Positions 1 through 13,300 of a stretch of 64,000 nt of DNA are shown here, piece after piece. The position numbers and the translations under genes are program-made. The DNA is from Eledone cirrhosa. Taxonomy: Eukaryota. The first letter of the stretch is position 1, and each line of letters begins with the position of its first letter. The notes beneath the pieces were generated by a model. It saw only the letters and a list, made by a program, of their open reading frames with translations, did no database searches and had not been told where the DNA came from. Location: positions 120,156,001 through 120,220,000 of the forward strand of contig OZ024744.1 in NCBI GenBank assembly GCA_964016885.1, given 5' to 3'.

Positions 1-2400
1 TGTGATCTCCCAATTCAGACATTCTTTCCTGGGATATTCTAACCACATGTCATAGTATCAGAGCTGTGATCTCTCAATTCAGATATTCTTTCCTGAAACA
101 TTAAAGCCACATGTCATAGGATCAGAGTTGTGGTCTCTCAATTCAGAGATTCTTTCCTGAGATATTGTAAACACATGTCATATTATCAGAGCTGTGATCT
201 CTCAATTCAGAGATTCTTTCCTGAGATATAGAATATATCACATGTCATATTATCAGAGCTGTGATCTCTCAATTCAGATATTCTTTCCGGAGACATTCTA
301 ACCACATGTCATATTATCAGAGTTGTGATCTCTCAATTCAGTGATTCTTTCCTGAGATATTCTAACCAAATGTCATAGTATCAGAGCTGTGATATCTCAA
401 TTCAGAGATTCTTTCCTGAGACATTCTTACCACATGTCATAGTATCCGAGCTGTGATCTCTCAATTTAGAGATTTTTTCCTGAGACATTCGAACCACATG
501 TCATAGTATCAGAACTGTGATTTCTCAATTCAGAGATTCTATCCTGAGACATTCTAACCACATGTCATAGTATCAGAGCTGTTCTCTCTAAATTTAGAGA
601 TTCTTTCATAAGATATTTTAACCACATGTCATAGTATCAGAGCTGTGATCTCTCAATTCAGAGATTCATTCCTGAGACATTCTAAGCTCGTCATACTATC
701 AGAGCTGTGATATCTCAATTCAGAGATTCTTTCCTGAGATATTCTAACCACATCTCATAGTATTAGAGCTGTGATCTCTCAATTCGGAGATTCTTTCCTG
801 AGACATTCTAACCACATGTCTGTAGTATCAGAGCTGTATGCTCTCAATTCAGAGATTCTTTCCTGAGACATTCTAACCACATGTCATAGTATTAGAGCTG
901 TGATCTCTCAATTCAGAGATTCTTTCCTGGGACATTCTAACCACATGTCATAGTATCAGAGCTGTGATCTCTCAATTCAGAGATTCTTTCCTGAAATATT
1001 CTAACCACATGTCATAGTATCAGATATGTGATCTCTCAATTCAGAGATTCTTTCCTGAGACATTCTAACCACATGGCATAGTATTAGAGCTGTGATCTCT
1101 CAATTCAGAGATTCTTTCCTGAGACATTCTTACCGCATGTAACAGTATCAGAACTGTGATCTCTCAATTCAGAGATTCTTTCCTGAGACATTCTAACCAC
1201 ATGTCATAGTATTTGAGCTGTGATCTCTCAATTCAGAGATTCTTTCCTGAGATATTCTAACCACATGTCATAGTATCAGATATGTGATCTCTCAATTCAG
1301 AGATTCTTTCCTGAGACATTCTAACCATATGTCATAGTATTAGAGCTGTGATCTCTCAATTCAGAGATTCTTTCCTGAGACATTCTAACCACATGTCACA
1401 GTATCAGAGCTGTGATCTCTCAATTCAGAGATTCTTTCCTCAGACATTCTAACCACATCTCATAGTATCGGAGCTGTGATCTCTCAATTCAGAGATTCTT
1501 TCCTGAGACATTCTTACCTCATGTCATAGTATCAGTGCTGTGATCTCTCAATTTAGAGATTCTTTCCTGAGACATTCTAACCACATGTCATAGTATCAGA
1601 ACTGTGATTTCTCAATTCAGAGATTCTATCCTGAGACATTCTAACCACATGTCATAGTATCAGAGCTGTTCTCTCTAAATTTAGAGATTCTTTCATGAGA
1701 TATTTTAACCACATGTCATAGTATCAGAGCTGTGATCTCTCAATTCAGAGATTCATTCCTGAGACATTCTAAGCTCGTCATAGTATCAGAGCTGTGATCT
1801 CTCATTTCAGAGATTCTTTCCTGAGACATTCTAACCACATGTCTGTAGTATCAGAGCTGTATGCTCTCAATTCAGAGATTCTTTCCTGAGACATTCTAAC
1901 CACATGTCATAGTATCGGAGCTGTGATCTCTCAATTCAGAGATTCTTTCCTGGGACATTCTAACCACATGTCATAATATCAGGGCTGTGATCTGTCAATT
2001 CAGAGATTCTTTCCTGAGACATTCTAACCACATGTCATAGTATCAGAGCTGTGATCTCTTAATTTAGAGATTCTTTCATGAGATATTCTAACCACATGTC
2101 ATAGTATCAGAGCTGTGATCTCTCAATTCAGAGATTCTTTCCTGAGACATTCTAACCACATGTCATATTATCAGAACTGTGATCTCTCATTTCAGAGATT
2201 CTTTCCTGAGACATTCTAACCACATGTCATAGTATCAGAGCTTTGATATCTCAATTCAGAGATTCTTTCCTGAGACATTCTAACCACATGTCATAGTATA
2301 AAAGCTGTGATCTCTTAATTTAGAGATTCTTTCATGAGATATTCTAACCACATGTCATAGTATCAGATCTGTGATCTCTCAATTCAGAGATTCTCTCCTG
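1..2400 (+). repeat. Multi-monomer block repeated at about 9213-11612 (offset 9212)
   Basis: Ordered rare variants match: tgtgatctcccaattcagac at 1/9213, gaatatatca at 231/9443, taaaagctg at 2299/11511, ttctctcctg at 2391/11603. Confidence 0.85.
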
Positions 2401-5400
2401 AGACATTCTAACCACATGTCATAGTATTAGAGCTGTGATCTCTCAATTCAGATATTCTTTCCTGGGACATTCTAACCACATGTCATAGTATCAGAGCTGT
2501 GATCTCTCAATTCAGAGATTCTTTCCTGAGATATTCTAACCACATGTCATAGTATCAGATATGTGATCTCTCAATTCAGAGATTCTTTCCTGAGACATTC
2601 TAACCACATGTCATAGTATTAGAGCTGTGATCTCTCAATTCAGAGATTCTTTCCTGAGACATTCTTACCGCATGTAACAGTATCAGGACAGTGATCTCTC
2701 AATTTAGAGATTCTTTCCTGAGACATTCTAACCACATGTCATAGTATCAGAGCTGTGATCTCTCAATTCAGAGATTCTTTCCTGAGACATTCTAACCACG
2801 TCATAGTATCAGAGCTGTGATATCTCAATTCAGAGATTCTTTCCTGAGACATTCTAATCACATGTCATAGTATCAGAGCTGTGAACTCTGAATTTACATA
2901 TTCTTTCCTGAGATATTCTAACCACATGTCACAGTATCAGAGCTGTGATCTCTCAATTCAGAGATTCTTTCCTCAGACATTCTAACCACATCTCATAGTA
3001 TCGGAGCTGTGATCTCTCAATTCAGAGATTCTTTCCTGAGATATTCTAACCACATGTCATAGTATCAGAGATGTCTTCTCTCAATTCAGAGATTCTTTCC
3101 TGAGACATTCTAACCACATGTCATAATATCAGAGCTGTGATCTCTTAATTTAGAGATTCTTTCATGAGATATTCTAACCACATGTCATAGTATCAGAGCT
3201 GTGATCTCTCAATTCAGAGATTCTTTCCTGGGACATTCTAACCACATGTCATAGTATCAGAGCTGTGATCTCTCAATTTCGAGATTCTTTCCTGAAATAT
3301 TCTAACCACATGTCATAGTATCAGATATGTGATCTCTCAATTCAGAGATTCTTTCCTGAGACATTCTAACCACATGGCATAGTATTAGAGCTGTGATCTC
3401 TCAATTCAGAGATTCTTTCCTGAGACATTCTTACCGCATGTAACAGTATCAGAACTGTGATCTCTCAATTCAGAGATTCTTTCCTGAGACATTCTAACCA
3501 CATGTCATAGTATTTGATCTGTGATCTCTCAATTCAGAGATTCTTTCCTGAGATATTCTAACCACATGTCATAGTATCAGATATGTGATCTCTCAATTCA
3601 GAGATTCTTTCCTGAGACATTCTAACCATATGTCATAGTATTAGAGCTGTGATCTCTCAATTCAGAGATTCTTTCCTGAGACATTCTAACCACATGTCAC
3701 AGTATCAGAGCTGTGATCTCTCAATTCAGAGATTCTTTCCTCAGACATTCTAACCACATCTCATAGTATCGGAGCTGTGATCTCTCAATTCAGAGATTCT
3801 TTCCTGAGACATTCTTACCTCATGTCATAGTATCAGAGCTGTGATCTCTCAATTTAGAGATTCTTTCCTGAGACATTCTAACCACATGTCATAGTATCAG
3901 AACTGTGATTTCTCAATTCAGAGATTCTATCCTTAGACATTCTAACCACATGTCATAATATCAGAGCTGTTCTCTCTAAATTTAGAGATTCTTTCATGAG
4001 ATATTTTAACCACATGTCATAGTATCAGAGCTGTGATCTCTCAATTCAGAGATTCATTCCTGAGACATTCTAAGCTCGTCATAGTATCAGAGCTGTGATC
4101 TCTCATTTCAGAGATTCTTTCCTGAGACATTCTAACCACATGTCTGTAGTATCAGAGCTGTATGCTCTCAATTCAGAGATTCTTTCCTGAGACATTCTAA
4201 CCACATGACATAATATCAGAGCTGTTCTCTCTAAATTTAGAGATTCTTTCATGAGATATTTTAACCACATGTCATAGTATCAGAGCTGTGATCTCTCAAT
4301 TCAGAGATTCTTTCCTGGGACATTCTAACCACATGTCATAATATCAGGGCTGTGATCTGTCAATTCAGAGATTCTTTCCTGAGACATTCTAACCACATGT
4401 CATAGTATCAGAGTTGTGATCTCTCAATTCAGAGACTCTTTCCTGAGATATTGTAAACGCATGTCATATTATCAGAGCTGTGATCTCTCAATTCAGAGAT
4501 TCTATCCTGAGACATTCTAACCACATGTCATAGTATCAGAACTGTTCACTCTATATTTAGAGATTCTTTCATGAGATATTTTAACCACATGTCATAGTAT
4601 CAGAGCTGTGATCTCCCAATTCAGACATTCTTTCCTGGGATATTCTAACCACATGTCATAGTATCAGAGCTGTGATCTCTCAATTCAGAGATTCTTTCCT
4701 GATACATTCTAACCACATGTCATAGTATTAGAGCTGTGATCTCTCAATTCAGATATTCTTTCCTGAGACATTCTAACCACGTCATAGTATCAGAGCTGTG
4801 ATATCTCAATTCAGAGATTCTTTCCTGAGACATTCTAATCACATGTGATAGTATCAGAGCTGTGATCTCTCAATTTAGATATTCTTTCCTGAGATATTCT
4901 AACCACATGTCATAGTATTAGAGCTGTGATCTCTCAATTCAGAGGTTCTTTCCTGAGACATTCTAACCACATGTCATAGTATTAGAGCTGTGATCTCTCA
5001 ATTCAGAGATTCTTTCCTGAGACATTCTTACCGCATGTAACAGTATCAGAACAGTGATCTCTCAATTTAGAGATTCTTTCCTGAGACATTCTAACCACAT
5101 GTCATAGTATCAGAGCTGTGATCTCTCAATTCAGAGATTCTTTCCTGAGACATTCTAACCACGTCATAGTATCAGAGCTGTGATATCTCAATTCAGAGAT
5201 TCTTTCCTGAGACATTCTAATCACATGTCATAGTATCAGAGCTGTGAACTCTGAATTTACATATTCTTTCCTGAGATATTCTAACCACATGTCACAGTAT
5301 CAGAGCTGTGATCTCTCAATTCAGAGATTCTTTCCTCAGACATTCTAACCACATCTCATAGTATCGGAGCTGTGATCTCTCAATTCAGAGATTCTTTCCT

Positions 5401-6240
5401 GAGATATTCTAACCACATGTCATAGTATCAGAGATGTCTTCTCTCAATTCAGAGATTCTTTCCTGAGACATTCTAACCACATGTCATAATATCAGAGCTG
5501 TGATCTCTTAATTTAGAGATTCTTTCATGAGATATTCTAACCACATGTCATAGTATCAGAGCTGTGATCTCTCAATTCAGAGATTCTTTCCTGAGACATT
5601 CTAACCACATGTCATAGTATCAGAGCTGTGATCTCTCAATTCAGAGATTCTTTCCTGAGACATTCTAATCACATGTCACAGTATCAGATCTGTCATCTCT
5701 CAATTCAGAGATTCTTTCCTGAGACATTCCAACCACATGTCATAGTATCAGATCTGTGATCTCTCAATTCAGAGATTATTTCCTGACATATTCTAACCAC
5801 ATATCATAGTATCAGAGCTGTGATCTCTCAATTCAGAGATTCTTTCCTGAGACATTCTAACCACATGTAATAGTATTAGATCTGTGATCTCTCAATTTAG
5901 AGATTCTTTCCTGAGACATTCTAACTCCATGTCCACAGTATCAGAGCTGTGATCTCTCAATTTAGAGATTCTTTCCTGAGATATTCTAACCACATGTCAT
6001 AGTATTAGAGATGTGATCTCTCAATTCAGAGATTCTTTCCTGAGACATTCTAACCACATGTCTGTAGTATCAGAGCTGTATGCTCTCAATTCAGAGATTC
6101 TTTCCTGAGACATTCTAACCACATGTCATAGTATCAGAGCTGTGATCTCTCAATTCAGAGATTCTTTCCTGAGACATTCTAACCACATGGCATAGTATCA
6201 GAGCTGTGATATCTCAATTCAGAGATTCTTTCCTGAGATA

Positions 6241-7392
6241 TTCTACCACATGTCATAGTATCAGAGCTGGGATCTCTCAATTCAGATATTCTTTCCTGAG
6301 ACATTCTAACCACATGTCATAGGATCAGTGTTGTGATCTCTCAATTCAGAGATTCTTTCCTGAGATATTCTAACCACATGTCATAGTATCAGAGCTGTGA
6401 TCTCTCAATTCAGAGATTCTTTCCTGAGACATTCTAACCACATGTCTGTAGTATCAGGGCTGTGATCTCTCAATTCAGAGATTCTTTCCTGAGAAATTCA
6501 AACCACATGTCATAGTATCAGAGCTGTGATCTCTCAATTCAGATATTCTTTCCTGAGACATTAAAGCCACATGTCATAGGATCAGAGTTGTGATCTCTCA
6601 ATTCAGAGACTCTTTCCTGAGATATTGTAAACGCATGTCATATTATCAGAGCTGTGATCTCTCAATTCAGAGATTCTATCCTGAGACATTCTAACCACAT
6701 GTCATAGTATCAGAACTGTTCTCTCTAAATTTAGAGATTCTTTCATGAGATATTTTAACCACATGTCATAGTATCAGAGCTGTGATCTCCCAATTCAGAC
6801 ATTCTTTCCTGGGATATTCTACCACATGTCATAGTATCAGAGCTGGGATCTCTCAATTCAGATATTCTTTCCTGAGACATTCTAACCACATGTCATAGGA
6901 TCAGTGTTGTGATCTCTCAATTCAGAGATTCTTTCCTGAGATATTCTAACCACATGTCATAGTATCAGAGCTGTGATCTCTCAATTCAGAGATTCTTTCC
7001 TGAGACATTCTAACCACATGTCTGTAGTATCAGGGCTGTGATCTCTCAATTCAGAGATTCTTTCCTGAGAAATTCAAACCACATGTCATAGTATCAGAGC
7101 TGTGATCTCTCAATTCAGATATTCTTTCCTGAGACATTAAAGCCACATGTCATAGGATCAGAGTTGTGATCTCTCAATTCAGAGACTCTTTCCTGAGATA
7201 TTGTAAACGCATGTCATATTATCAGAGCTGTGATCTCTCAATTCAGAGATTCTATCCTGAGACATTCTAACCACATGTCATAGTATCAGAACTGTTCTCT
7301 CTAAATTTAGAGATTCTTTCATGAGATATTTTAACCACATGTCATAGTATCAGAGCTGTGATCTCCCAATTCAGACATTCTTTCCTGGGATA
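6241..7392 (+). repeat. Tandem duplication of a 9-monomer (576-bp) block
   Basis: ttctaccaca (1-bp deletion) at 6241/6817 and aaattcaaacc at 6494/7070. Variants such as ttaaagccac and ttgtaaacgc occur in the same order in both copies. Confidence 0.9.
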
Positions 7393-10300
7393 TTCTAACC
7401 ACATGTCATAGTATCAGAGCTGTGATCTCTCAATTCAGAGATTCTTTCCTGGTACATTCTAACCACATGTCATAGTATTAGAGCTGTGATCTCTCAATTC
7501 AGATATTCTTTCCTGAGACATTCTAACCACGTCATAGTATCAGAGCTGTGATATCTCAATTCAGAGATTCTTTCCTGAGACATTCTAATCACATGTGATA
7601 GTATCAGAGCTGTGATCTCTCAATTTAGATATTCTTTCCTGAGATATTCTAACCACATGTCATAGTATTAGAGCTGTGATCTCTCAATTCAGAGGTTCTT
7701 TCCTGAGACATTCTAACCACATGTCTGTAGTATCAGAGCTGTGATCTCTCAATTAAGAGATTCTTTCCTGGGACATTCTAACCACATGTCATAGTATCAG
7801 GGCTGTGATCTCTCAATTCAGAGATTCTTTCCTGAGACATTTTAACCACATGTCATAGTATCAGAGCTGTGATCTCTTAATTTAGAGATTATTTCATGAG
7901 ATATTCTAACCACATGTCATAGTATCAGATCTGTGATATCTCAATTCAGAGATGCTTTCCTGAGATATTCTAACCACATGTCATAGTATCAGAGCTGTGA
8001 TTTCTCAATTCAGAGATTCTTTCCTGAGACATTCTAACCACATGTCATAGTATCAGAGCTTTGATATCTCAATTCAGAGATTCTTTCCTGAGATATTCTA
8101 ACCACATGTCATAGTATCAGAGATGTCTTCTCTCATTTCAGAGATTCTTTCCTGAGACATTCTAACCACATGTCATAATATCAGAGCTGTGATCTCTTAA
8201 TTTAGAGATTCTTTCATGAGATATTCTAACCACATGTCATAGTATCAGAGCTGTGATCTCTCAATTCAGAGATTCTTTCCTGAGACATTCTAACCACATG
8301 TCATAGTATCAGAGCTGTGATCTCTCAATTCAGAGATTCTTTCCTGAGACATTCTAACCACATGTCACAGTATCAGAGCTGTGATCTCTCAATTCAGAGA
8401 TTCTTTCCTGAGACATTCTAACCAAATGTCATAGTATCAGATCTGTGGTCTCTCAATTCAGAGATTATTTCCTGAGATATTCTAACCACATATCATAGTA
8501 TCAGAGCTGTGATCTCTCAATTCAGAGATTCTTTCCTGAGACATTCTAATCACATGTAATAGTATTAGATCTGTGATCTCTCAATCTAGAGATTCTTTCC
8601 TGAGACATTCTAACTCCATGTCCACAGTATCAGAGCTGTGATCTCTCAATTTAGAGATTCTTTCCTGAGATATTCTAACCACATGTCATAGTATTAGAGA
8701 TGTGATCTCTCAATTCAGAGATTCTTTCCTGAGACATTCTAACCACATGTCTGTAGTATCAGAGCTGTATGCTCTCAATTCAGAGATTCTTTCCTGAGAC
8801 ATTCTAACCACATGTCATAGTATCAGAGCTGTGATCTCTCAATTCAGAGATTCTTTCCTGAGACATTCTAACAACATGGCATAGTATCAGAGCTGTGATA
8901 TCTCAATTCAGAGATTCTTTCCTGAGATATTCTACCACATGTCATAGTATCAGAGCTGGGATCTCTCAATTCAGATATTCTTTCCTGAGACATTCTAACC
9001 ACATGTCATAGTATCAGAGTTGTGATCTCTCAATTCAGAGACTCTTTCCTGAGATATTGTAAACGCATGTCATATTATCAGAGCTGTGATCTCTCAATTC
9101 AGAGATTCTATCCTGAGACATTCTAACCACATGGCATAGTATCAGAACTGTTCTCTCTAAATTTAGAGATTCTTTCATGAGATATTTTAACCACATGTCA
9201 TAGTATCAGAGCTGTGATCTCCCAATTCAGACATTCTTTCCTGGGATATTCTAACCACATGTCATAGTATCAGAGCTGTGATCTCTCAATTCAGATATTC
9301 TTTCCTGAAACATTAAAGCCACATGTCATAGGATCAGAGTTGTGGTCTCTCAATTCAGAGATTCTTTCCTGAGATATTGTAAACACATGTCATATTATCA
9401 GAGCTGTGATCTCTCAATTCAGAGATTCTTTCCTGAGATATAGAATATATCACATGTCATATTATCAGAGCTGTGATCTCTCAATTCAGATATTCTTTCC
9501 GGAGACATTCTAACCACATGTCATATTATCAGAGTTGTGATCTCTCAATTCAGTGATTCTTTCCTGAGATATTCTAACCAAATGTCATAGTATCAGAGCT
9601 GTGATATCTCAATTCAGAGATTCTTTCCTGAGACATTCTTACCACATGTCATAGTATCAGAGCTGTGATCTCTCAATTTAGAGATTTTTTCCTGAGACAT
9701 TCTAACCACATGTCATAGTATCAGAACTGTGATTTCTCAATTCAGAGATTCTATCCTGAGACATTCTAACCACATGTCATAGTATCAGAGCTGTTCTCTC
9801 TAAATTTAGAGATTCTTTCATAAGATATTTTAACCACATGTCATAGTATCAGAGCTGTGATCTCTCAATTCAGAGATTCATTCCTGAGACATTCTAAGCT
9901 CGTCATAGTATCAGAGCTGTGATATCTCAATTCAGAGATTCTTTCCTGAGATATTCTAACCACATGTCATAGTATTAGAGCTGTGTTCTCTCAATTCGGA
10001 GATTCTTTCCTGAGACATTCTAACCACATATCTGTAGTATCAGAGCTGTATGCTTTCAATTCAGAGATTCTTTCCTGAGACATTCTAACCACATGTCATA
10101 GTATTAGAGCTGTGATCTCTCAATTCAGAGATTCTTTCCTGGGACATTCTAACCACATGTCATAGTATCAGAGCTGTGATCTCTCAATTCAGAGATACTT
10201 TCCTGAGATATTCTAACCACATGTCAAAGTATCAGATATGTGATCTCTCAATTCAGAGATTCTTTCCTGAGACATTCTAACCACATGGCATAGTATTAGA

Positions 10301-13300
10301 GCTGTGATCTCTCAATTCAGAGATTCTTTCCTGAGACATTCTTACCGCATGTAACAGTATCAGAACTGTGATCTCTCAATTCAGAGATTCTTTCCTGAGA
10401 CATTCTAACCACATGTCATAGTATTTGAGCTGTGATCTCTCAATTCAGAGATTCTTTCCTGAGATATTCTAACCACATGTCATAGTATCAGATATGTGAT
10501 CTCTCAATTCAGAGATTCTTTCCTGAGACATTCTAACCATATGTCATAGTATTAGAGCTGTGATCTCTCAATTCAGAGATTCTTTCCTGAGACATTCTAA
10601 CCACATGTCACAGTATCAGAGCTGTGATCTCTCAATTCAGCGATTCTTTCCTCAGACATTCTAACCACATCTCATAGTATCGGAGCTGTGATCTCTCAAT
10701 TCAGAGATTCTTTCCTGAGACATTCTTACCTCATGTCATAGTATCAGAGCTGTGATCTCTCAATTTAGAGATTCTTTCCTGAGACATTCTAACCACATGT
10801 CATATTATCAGAACTGTGATTTCTCAATTCAGAGATTCTATCCTGAGACATTCTAACCACATGTCATAGTATCAGAGCTGTTCTCTCTAAATTCAGAGAT
10901 TCTTTCATGAGATATTTTAACCACATGTCATAGTATCAGAGCTGTGCTTTCTCAATTCAGAGATTCATTCCTGAGACATTCTAAGCTCGTCATAGTATCA
11001 GAGCTGTGATCTCTCATTTCAGAGATTCTTTCCTGAGACATTCTAACCACATGTCTGTAGTATCAGAGCTGTATGCTCTCAATTCAGAGATTCTTTCCTG
11101 AGACATTCTAACCACATGTCATAGTATCGGAGCTGTGATCTCTCAATTCAGAGATTCTTTCCTGGGACATTCTAACCACATGTCATAGTATCAGGGCTGT
11201 GATCTGTCAATTCAGAGATTCTTTCCTGAGACATTCTAACCACATGTCATAGTATCAGAGCTGTGATCTCTTAATTTAGAGATTCTTTCATGAGATATTC
11301 TAACCACATGTCATAGTATCAGAGCTGTGATCTCTCAATTCAGAGATTCTTTCCTGAGACATTCTAACCACATGTCATATTATCAGAGCTGTGATCTCTC
11401 ATTTCAAAGATTCTTTCCTGAGACATTCTAACCACATGTCATAGTATCAGAGCTTTGATATCTCAATTCAGAGATTCTTTCCTGAGACATTCTAACCACA
11501 TGTCATAGTATAAAAGCTGTGATCTCTTAATTTAGAGATTCTTTCATGAGATATTCTAACCACATGTCATAATATCAGATCTGTGATCTCTCAATTCAGA
11601 GATTCTCTCCTGAGACATTCTAACCACATGTCATAATATCAGATCTGTGATCTCTCAATTCAGAGATTCTCTCCTGAGACATTCTTACCGCATGTAACAG
11701 TATCAGAACAGTGATCTCTCAATTTAGAGATTCTTTCCTGAGACATTCTAACCACATGTCATAGTATCAGAGCTGTGATCTCTCAATTCAGAGATTCTTT
11801 CCTGAGGCATTCTAACCACGTCATAGTATCAGAGCTGTGATATCTCAATACAGAGATTCTTTCCTGAGACATTCTAATCACATGTCATAGTATCAGAGCT
11901 GTGAACTCTGAATTTACATATTCTTTCCTGAGATATTCTAACCACATGTCACAGTATCAGAGCTGTGATCTCTCAATTCAGAGATTCTTTCCTCAGACAT
12001 TCTAACCACATCTCATATTATTGGAGCTGTGATCTCTCAATTCAGATATTCTTTCCTGAGACATTCTAACCACATGTCATAGTATCAGATCTTTGATCTC
12101 TCAATTCAGAGATTCTTTCCTGAGATATTCTAATCACATGTCATAGTATCATAGCTGTCATCTCTCAATTCAGAGATTCTTTCCTGAGACATTCTAACCA
12201 CATGTCATAGTATCAGAGCTGTGATCTCTCAATTTAGAGATTCTTTCAAGAGATATTCTAACCACATGTCATAGTATCAGAGCTGTGATCTCTCAATTCA
12301 GAGATTCTTTCCTGAAACATTCTAACCACATGTAATAGTATTAGATCTGTGATCTCTCAATTTAGAGATTCTTTCCTGAGACATTCTAACTCCATGTCCA
12401 CAGTATCAGAGCTGTGATCTCTCAATTTAGAGATTCTTTTCTGAGATATTCTAACTACATGTCATAGTATTAGAGATGTGATCTCTCAATTCAGAGATTC
12501 TTTCCTGAGACATTCTAACCACATGTCTGTAGTATCAGAGCTGTATGCTCTCAATTCAGAGATTCTTTCCTGAGACATTCTAACCACATGTCATATTATC
12601 AGAGCTGTTATCTCTCAATTCAGAGATTCTTTCATGAGATATTCTAACCACATGTCATAGTATCAGAGCTGTGCTCTCTCAATTCAGAGATCCTTTCCGG
12701 GGATATTCTAACCTCATGTCATAGTATCAGAGCTGTGATCTCTCAATTCAGAGATTCTTTCATGAGATATTCTAACCACATGTCATAATATCAGAACTAT
12801 GATCTCTCAATTCAGAGATTCTTTCCTGAGACATTCTAACCTCATGTCTGTAGTATCAGAGCTGTGATCTCTCAATTCAGAGATTCTTTCCTGATACATT
12901 CTAAACACATGTCATAATATCAGAGCTGTGATCTCTCAATTCAGAGATTCTTTCCTGAGACATTCTAACCACGTCATAGTATCAGAGCTGTGATATCTCA
13001 ATTCAGAGATTCTTTCCTGAGACATTCTAATCACATGTCATAGTATCAGAGCTGTGAACTCTCAATTTACATATTCTTTCCTGAGATATTCTAACCACAT
13101 GTCATAGTATTAGAGCTGTGATCTCTCAATTCAGAGGTTCTTTCCTGAGACATTCTAACCACATGTCTGTAGTATCAGAGCTGTGATCTCTCAATTAAGA
13201 GATTCTTTCGTGGGACATTCTAACCACATGTCTGTAGTATCAGAGCTGTGATCTCTCAATTCAGAGATTCTTTCCTGAGAAATTCTAACCACATGTCATA

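Noticed and set aside
1-22. Bacterial CRP-like site (TGTGA half-site) or Dam GATC array
   Set aside because: The second TCACA half-site is absent at the correct spacing and there are no genes to regulate. These short motifs are expected by chance.
6315-6340. tRNA gene or tRNA-derived SINE array (TAACCACATGTCATAGGATC loosely resembles the plant tRNA-iMet segment TAACCCACAGGTCCCAGGATC)
   Set aside because: The similarity is short, gapped and best only in a minority variant. There is no A box, intact B box/T-loop or cloverleaf.
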